Shown here piece after piece: positions 58,897 to 64,000 of a stretch of DNA of 64,000 nt (position 1 is the stretch's first letter; each line of letters starts with the position of its first letter). Source of the DNA: Amoebophrya sp. A120 (Eukaryota > Protista > Dinoflagellata); contig CAJINV010000005.1 of assembly GCA_905178155.1 (NCBI GenBank), forward strand, positions 922,564 through 986,563, read 5' to 3'. The position numbers were made by a program, and so were the translations under genes. The notes beneath the pieces are model-generated. The model did no database searches and was not told where the DNA came from. It saw only the letters and a list, made by a program, of their open reading frames with translations.

Positions 58897-59936
58897 TAAC
58901 AGAAATGTAGGATATTTCGATGGTGATGCGGGTGATGCGCAAATTTCTACCACAAATAAACCACCAAACGGGAATTTTATGGAGTCAGATCAACAACTAC
59001 CCCTTACCGGCGCGGTGCTGGCGCTTTGTGTTTTTCCTGGTGGAATTGAATTTGGCGGTTGCGGTTGGGAACAGTTTGGCGGCGGTCATTCTGGGATCTT
59101 GCGGTATGTTCCTGGTCGCGCGGGAATATGCAGTGAAAACGAGGTGGTGGAACCAGTCCAAGCTTTTCCGGGGAAGTTTGCGTTGCTTTTGCACCGCAGT
59201 AGAAGGTTGTAAGAAGGCGGAAGAAGCAAGGCAAAGGAACTGCTGCTATTTTAGAACTAGTTTTATTGCATTTCTACAGTTTTGGTTTCGCACTATTTGT
59301 AGGTCGTTTCGCACTACGTTTCGATCTTTGTTTCGCACTGAAAAATGCACTACTCGCAAGGAAAACAGGCTTTTTCTATCTCTTGTCGCACTGTGTTTCA
59401 ATAGGCTTTGACCGAACAAATACGACGTTGCAAAAGTAGAATGCCATCGTTTTTTGAGCGAACAAGTTAAGTATTTCGGTCTACTTTCTTCGAACTTACC
59501 ATGCAAAAGAGCGAGCAGAACGCAAGAATTCGGACCTTTTCTTAGTTGTTTTTGATCGTAGACAACCAACAAACACTACTAGAAAACACGGGAAAGAGAG
59601 ACTTTTTGTTGCTTGTCACTTAGCAGGAAAAGCGAAGGAAAGCTGAGAGAAAAACTCACAAACTAACGATGATTTTGCCCTTTGTTTATGTGCGCCGAGG
59701 TTGGCTCAAGATTACTCTTGACCTTCCGAGGCGAAGAATTAAAACCAACGATAGCAGGCTGAAGAAACTTTTTTGTTGTTAAGGGAAACAACGAACGCGG
59801 GTTCTAGACTGAAAGGAAAAGACGAAAAGCGAATCGGTTGAAGCAAAAATCAGTGTACATTTGAAGTCGGTTTTGGAAAAAAAAAGCATCTCGTTTTGAT
59901 CGATCGCTGAAAGAAAACAGTTTAGGATTTCTAATA
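58897..59936 (+). repeat. 3' LTR (TAACAG...CTAATA)
   Basis: Direct repeat of the 5' LTR, followed by TSD TTGAT. Confidence 0.95.
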
Positions 59937-60601
59937 TTGATTTTTTTCAAAAAATTTAAAAATTTCCAATTCTGCATAACAATTAAAAAGGAAACACGGT
60001 GAAGCTTAACCAGTGGCGTACACATGGCGTCCATATGTGAATCAGTATGAGACGGGATGAATTTACATCATAGTTCCACTTTTCATAAAAAACTGAAAAA
60101 ATCAGATTTTTTGTTTTTGTCCATTTATGTCATATCAGTATGTAAAAATGCAAGGAAAATTGATACTGTCTTTCTGTTTCCCTATTTTCATCAACTTTAT
60201 TTAATAGGTTTGTAATTATTTGCTGTCGTTTTTCTCGCATCAGAAAATTATTAAAAAATCAAAATTTTCCACTCAAGGAAAAATTCCACAAAATACGAAG
60301 CACATGTGGAGGGATCATCTATGTCTAGTCAGTTATGTAAGCAAATATATGCTGCAACTCATTTTTAAGCTGTGTCAACTTTATATTTCGCACATTACAA
60401 AAATCAGGGCCACAAGGGTGGTCCGATTTCCCTACTAGGGAGGAAAGGGGCCCCAGCCTACCTAGTTACATCCCCCAAAGGTAGAAGAGATGTGTCAGAT
60501 CATCTATGCAAATGGCTGCACTTCATCCAAAGCCCTGCTAGGGGGGATTTCCGCCTGCATAGCTGCACCCGATCCAAGTGATCGCCTCCCCGCAACTCCC
60601 C

Positions 60602-60602
<1 letters not shown>

Positions 60603-60633
<31 letters not shown>
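60603..60633. repeat. Poly-C tract (~31 nt)
   Basis: Directly visible homopolymer at the edge of a GC-rich block. Confidence 0.85.
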
Positions 60634-60634
<1 letters not shown>

Positions 60635-61823
60635 TTCCCCCGCCCCTCTCCAGCTTCGGTGCAAGCGCGCACGCAGGGGCGGTCTGTCTGAGCGGACGAC
60701 CCAGCGGCCGCGGCGGGTGGCCTGCGCGATGGACCCCGCCCGCCGCCGTCCCGAGCCCGGGCCGACCGAGCCGCGACGGCGCGCCGCGGGCTCCGCCCGG
60801 TCCGGCCCTTTGGTCTCGCGCCTCTACACGCGCACGGCCCGCTTTTTTGGTGCATTCGCTTCCGCCTTGGGAACCCCGCGCGCCGCGCACTGGCCGCGTC
60901 GAATGGCCTCCGGACAGGCATACAGGCGACCATTTGCGAGCCCCTTCACGCCCGCAACAAATTCCATCAAAGCGCACGCGACGGTTGTTCGGCCTCGGGT
61001 TGTGCGCGTCAAGGCAGATAGCGGCCGCGTTCGCCAATAGAGCGCCGGCTTCGCGCGCAGCGCTGATTGGCGGCGCCCCCGGTTTGAGCGGAAAAACGAG
61101 AGGCAAAGCAGGAAGCAGGCCGAGGGAGCGACGTGAGAGACGCAAACACTGGCGCTTTCCGCGCGCCGACACGGCCGCTCTGTTTCTGGGTCTCTCGGAA
61201 AGCGACGGTGCGCTCGGAAGTCGCAGGCTGCGAGACAGGTACGAGTACTGTATACAAAAAGATGCAAACCACCGTTCCGGAGCCCGCGCCGGCGGCCCGC
61301 GCAAACTCCAACCCGGTAACGGCGTTGCCGTCTCCGACCGGTTCAGCGGTACCACCGTCCGACAGCGCCGGCCTTCCGGCAAGGCAAGCCGAACCCACGT
61401 CGGATCCGCTGAATGCGAGCTTTATGATACCATAGTGCAATCAATGATGTCCGCCCCCGAACGAGTTGGCATTGCTTCTCCTGGATTTTATTAACACCCG
61501 ACACCCGTTACAAAAAGGGTAGTCCTCTGATGTACTACTCGCTGTGCAGACAAGCATATTTGCCAATGTATTTGGCAAAACTGGTTATGATGCGGAATTT
61601 CCTTGCTGCGCCCAGCCATTCTTGAAGATTTTCGATCCGGTACAGTTGTACGCCGGCTCCTCTATACTTCTTGCCCACGCAATTGATTTTTGCGCAACTG
61701 CAAGGGGAAGCAACGCGATGTGTCTCGGGAGCCGGAGGAAGAGGTTTTCCTTTTTCATGCCGTAGCAATGCGACCCACAGCAGTTCCACTACCGCCGGCT
61801 CGTCCGCGTCCGCCACGCGCTCG

Positions 61824-64000
61824 ATGGCGGCCGTGCAGCCGAAGACGCGCACGTTGAAGAAGGGCCGGTTTATGCTCGACGGCAACCCGCAGCTGCTCAA
61901 GGACTTCATCTTTGTACCCGACGGCTTTCCGACGCAGACGGCCGAGGCCGTGGAGCAGGTGCTGCAAACCCTGGGCATCAAGAAGCCCCAGCTCGCGTTC
62001 TTCTTCGACAAGGGGCACTTCCTGTGTCCCGCGCACCTGCTGTGGCACGAGTTGGTCGAGGACTTGAACTACGGCAACACGCGCGGCCTACTCCAAATGC
62101 TGCTGGACGACATGAAGCGCGGGAAGGTGCAGGACCTGACCAGTGCGAGGAAGCTGAAGAACAAGCTGGATCAACATGGGAATGCACCCGGTGGACGAGG
62201 TGGACAACCGCGGAGGAATGTATTTTCGCCGAGGAACAACGACTACCTAACATCCGCTGCTGGCGTTACTGGATATAATGATCTTGACCCACAGCAACAA
62301 GCAGACAAATCTTCCTTCACCTTCCAAATGAACAATGCCGTTGCCTCCTCCGTGTCCCCGCGCGTTGCCGGCAACCAGCCCTTCCTGGCCGCGGAAGTGT
62401 CGGGGCAGTTGTTCGCGGCTTCCGAGGTGTCGCACAAGAACCTCGCGGACTACGTGAAGCAGGATCGCAGAAGAACACGGGAGCTCAGCGGGGACTTGAA
62501 GGGCATGTACAACCACCACCGCGAGGGCCAGCACTTCGCGGAGGATTTGAAGGCGATTGGCGTCGACGCGGAGACCGTCGAGCAGCTGGCGAGCGAGGGC
62601 TTGTTGCCGGAGAAGGAGGAAGAGGGAGATTTGGTCACGGGGTCGTCCCCGGCCGCTTCTCCCTCGTCGCCCACCGCGGCGGACGATGACCGCAGGTTAG
62701 CGAGGCTACTGGCGTCGCCGACGGGTGACACCGCTCCGGCACAGCTGCCGCGCGCCGTCACCCGGCCCATTCACGAAGTGGCTCCGCAGGTTGCGGAGGT
62801 TTCCGGCGTCGTGTTGCCGCCACCGCAGCAGGCCGAATTGTCCGGGGTGATTTCCGATCCTCCCCCGCGTGTCGCCGAGCTATCCATGGTGAGTCCGCCA
62901 CCGGCAAAACGAACAAAGCCTGTCGGCGCCGCTGCTTTCAAGCGCAAGATGGCCTCGTTCGCTTCCGGCGAGCAGAGCCCAACGTCGCGAGGAAAAGTTC
63001 GCGAAGTATCCGGCGACGGAGTAGATGACATGATGGACCGTTGCCAGCAGCAGCGACGAGAGCCAGATGTTACTAACCCGTTGCCGAACCAGCCAGTCAC
63101 AATACCGACCGCACCCAAGCCGCCGGCGTTCAACAGTTGGCAGCAAAACGAACCCGAGGTGAACGAGATTTCAATGAAGAAGCTGCCAACTATCATGGAA
63201 GAAAGGGACAGGCAAGCGGTTCCGGCGGCAGCCGAACCTGCGCGCGTCGAGGCGCTGAGCTTCGGCCCTACAGTTGCGCAACCCGCGCATCAAGTGGAGG
63301 CGCTGAGTTTTGGCCCGCTCGGGCCCCCGAAGGTGGAGGCGCTGAGTTTCGGCCCAACCACCCTTCCTCCAAAGGTGGAGGCGCTGAGTTACGGTCCGAT
63401 TCCGAAGGCACACGGTGCCTTCCCCTCCGGACTCGCCTCCCCCATGGACATGAGCAACCAGGTGCAGGCCCTGAGCTTCGCTGCCCAACCCGCCTCGCCC
63501 TACGCTGCCGCGGACAGTCTACCAAACGCGGCGGCGCGCACGCCAGTTTATTCCCCAACCGCGTACAAAGTTGGAGATCTTTACGGCAACAATTTCAACA
63601 AGCCCCCGCCCCTAGACCTCTACGATGAGGAGGTGAAGCACCGGCTTTATTTGGAGAGGGAAGCGCTAGAGGAGCGGGTTCGAACCATCCTCACCGGCAT
63701 CATAGAGGCTTGCGCGCAGACGAACTCCGTTTTTCTCCTAGGTCGTCCCTCCGGCGGGAACCGGTTGTCCGAGATTCTGTGCGAGAAGCTGCGCCCCGGG
63801 TGCAACGCGCTGGGGTGTTACACCCTGGACGAGTGCACCACGATCCCCTCCATCGTGTCCCCCAACGTACAGTACAAGTGGCCTACGCAGCGCGAGATCG
63901 AGAACAGCATGTGGAAACACAACTTCCAGGACCCGGCGCGGACGAGGATACCGCAAAAGGTGTTCGAAACGGCTTGCGTGGACGAACGGGAGGAGGTTTA
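61824..64000 (+). CDS. Long protein with a TRPM-like SLOG domain; truncated by the window end, start uncertain
   Basis: Open frame absent from the ORF track because it has no stop. DFIFVP..EQVLQTLGIKKPQLAFF and ILTGIIEACAQTNSVFLL resemble the TRPM N-terminal SLOG region. Confidence 0.55.
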   Translation, partial: MAAVQPKTRTLKKGRFMLDGNPQLLKDFIFVPDGFPTQTAEAVEQVLQTLGIKKPQLAFFFDKGHFLCPAHLLWHELVEDLNYGNTRGLLQMLLDDMKRGKVQDLTSARKLKNKLDQHGNAPGGRGGQPRRNVFSPRNNDYLTSAAGVTGYNDLDPQQQADKSSFTFQMNNAVASSVSPRVAGNQPFLAAEVSGQLFAASEVSHKNLADYVKQDRRRTRELSGDLKGMYNHHREGQHFAEDLKAIGVDAETVEQLASEGLLPEKEEEGDLVTGSSPAASPSSPTAADDDRRLARLLASPTGDTAPAQLPRAVTRPIHEVAPQVAEVSGVVLPPPQQAELSGVISDPPPRVAELSMVSPPPAKRTKPVGAAAFKRKMASFASGEQSPTSRGKVREVSGDGVDDMMDRCQQQRREPDVTNPLPNQPVTIPTAPKPPAFNSWQQNEPEVNEISMKKLPTIMEERDRQAVPAAAEPARVEALSFGPTVAQPAHQVEALSFGPLGPPKVEALSFGPTTLPPKVEALSYGPIPKAHGAFPSGLASPMDMSNQVQALSFAAQPASPYAAADSLPNAAARTPVYSPTAYKVGDLYGNNFNKPPPLDLYDEEVKHRLYLEREALEERVRTILTGIIEACAQTNSVFLLGRPSGGNRLSEILCEKLRPGCNALGCYTLDECTTIPSIVSPNVQYKWPTQREIENSMWKHNFQDPARTRIPQKVFETACVDEREEV
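63246..63485 (+). repeat. Five coding repeats of V(E/Q)ALS(F/Y)(GP/AA)
   Basis: GT(C/G)GAGGCGCTGAG(C/T)T.. recurs at ~63246, 63294, 63333 and 63375, with a diverged copy at 63462. Confidence 0.8.

Larger units (their letters stand above)
47244..59936 (+). mobile_element. Full-length Ty1/copia LTR retrotransposon
   Basis: Two 1040-bp direct repeats, TSD TTGAT (47239-47243 and 59937-59941), PBS, PPT, gag, and pol in PR-INT-RT-RH order. Confidence 0.96.

Noticed and set aside
60490-61494. Overlapping 334-aa and 292-aa ORFs, and similar ones at 46006-46771
   Set aside because: Expected by chance in very GC-rich DNA; Arg/Pro/Ala/Gly-rich with no motifs.

Overview
Gene-dense eukaryotic protist DNA. 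The ~250-300-nt non-canonical introns and the co-oriented gene block suggest the parasitic dinoflagellate Amoebophrya (inference). All host genes I could identify from 1 to ~45.6 kb lie on the minus strand. They include GalE, a large RNAi-type RNA-dependent RNA polymerase (RdRP), a PCIF1/CAPAM-like methyltransferase, a probable SelU/PRXL2-like selenoprotein (in-frame UGA in UxxC), ABCE1 and an FAD oxidoreductase. A complete 12.7-kb Ty1/copia element follows (1040-bp LTRs with TA...TA ends, 5-bp TSD, gag-UGA-pol), then a plus-strand TRPM/SLOG-like gene that runs off the window. The main hidden structure is 28 short inverted-repeat elements (introners) in about six TIR families. They mostly have TAT...ATA ends and are flanked by a 5-bp duplication. 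Removing the element plus 5 nt restores the host reading frame in every listed case, including the ABCE1 Walker B motif and the RdRP catalytic DYDGD, and in ABCE1 no register gives GT-AG. The families share a TGTNATGC/GCATNACA motif at ~32-nt spacing, occur in both orientations, and share their end signature with the resident copia. This suggests the copia integrase as a candidate mobiliser. The reconstructed RdRP carries an internal SAP motif and may be fused to a ParB-like domain. Everything here was read by eye; no searches were run.
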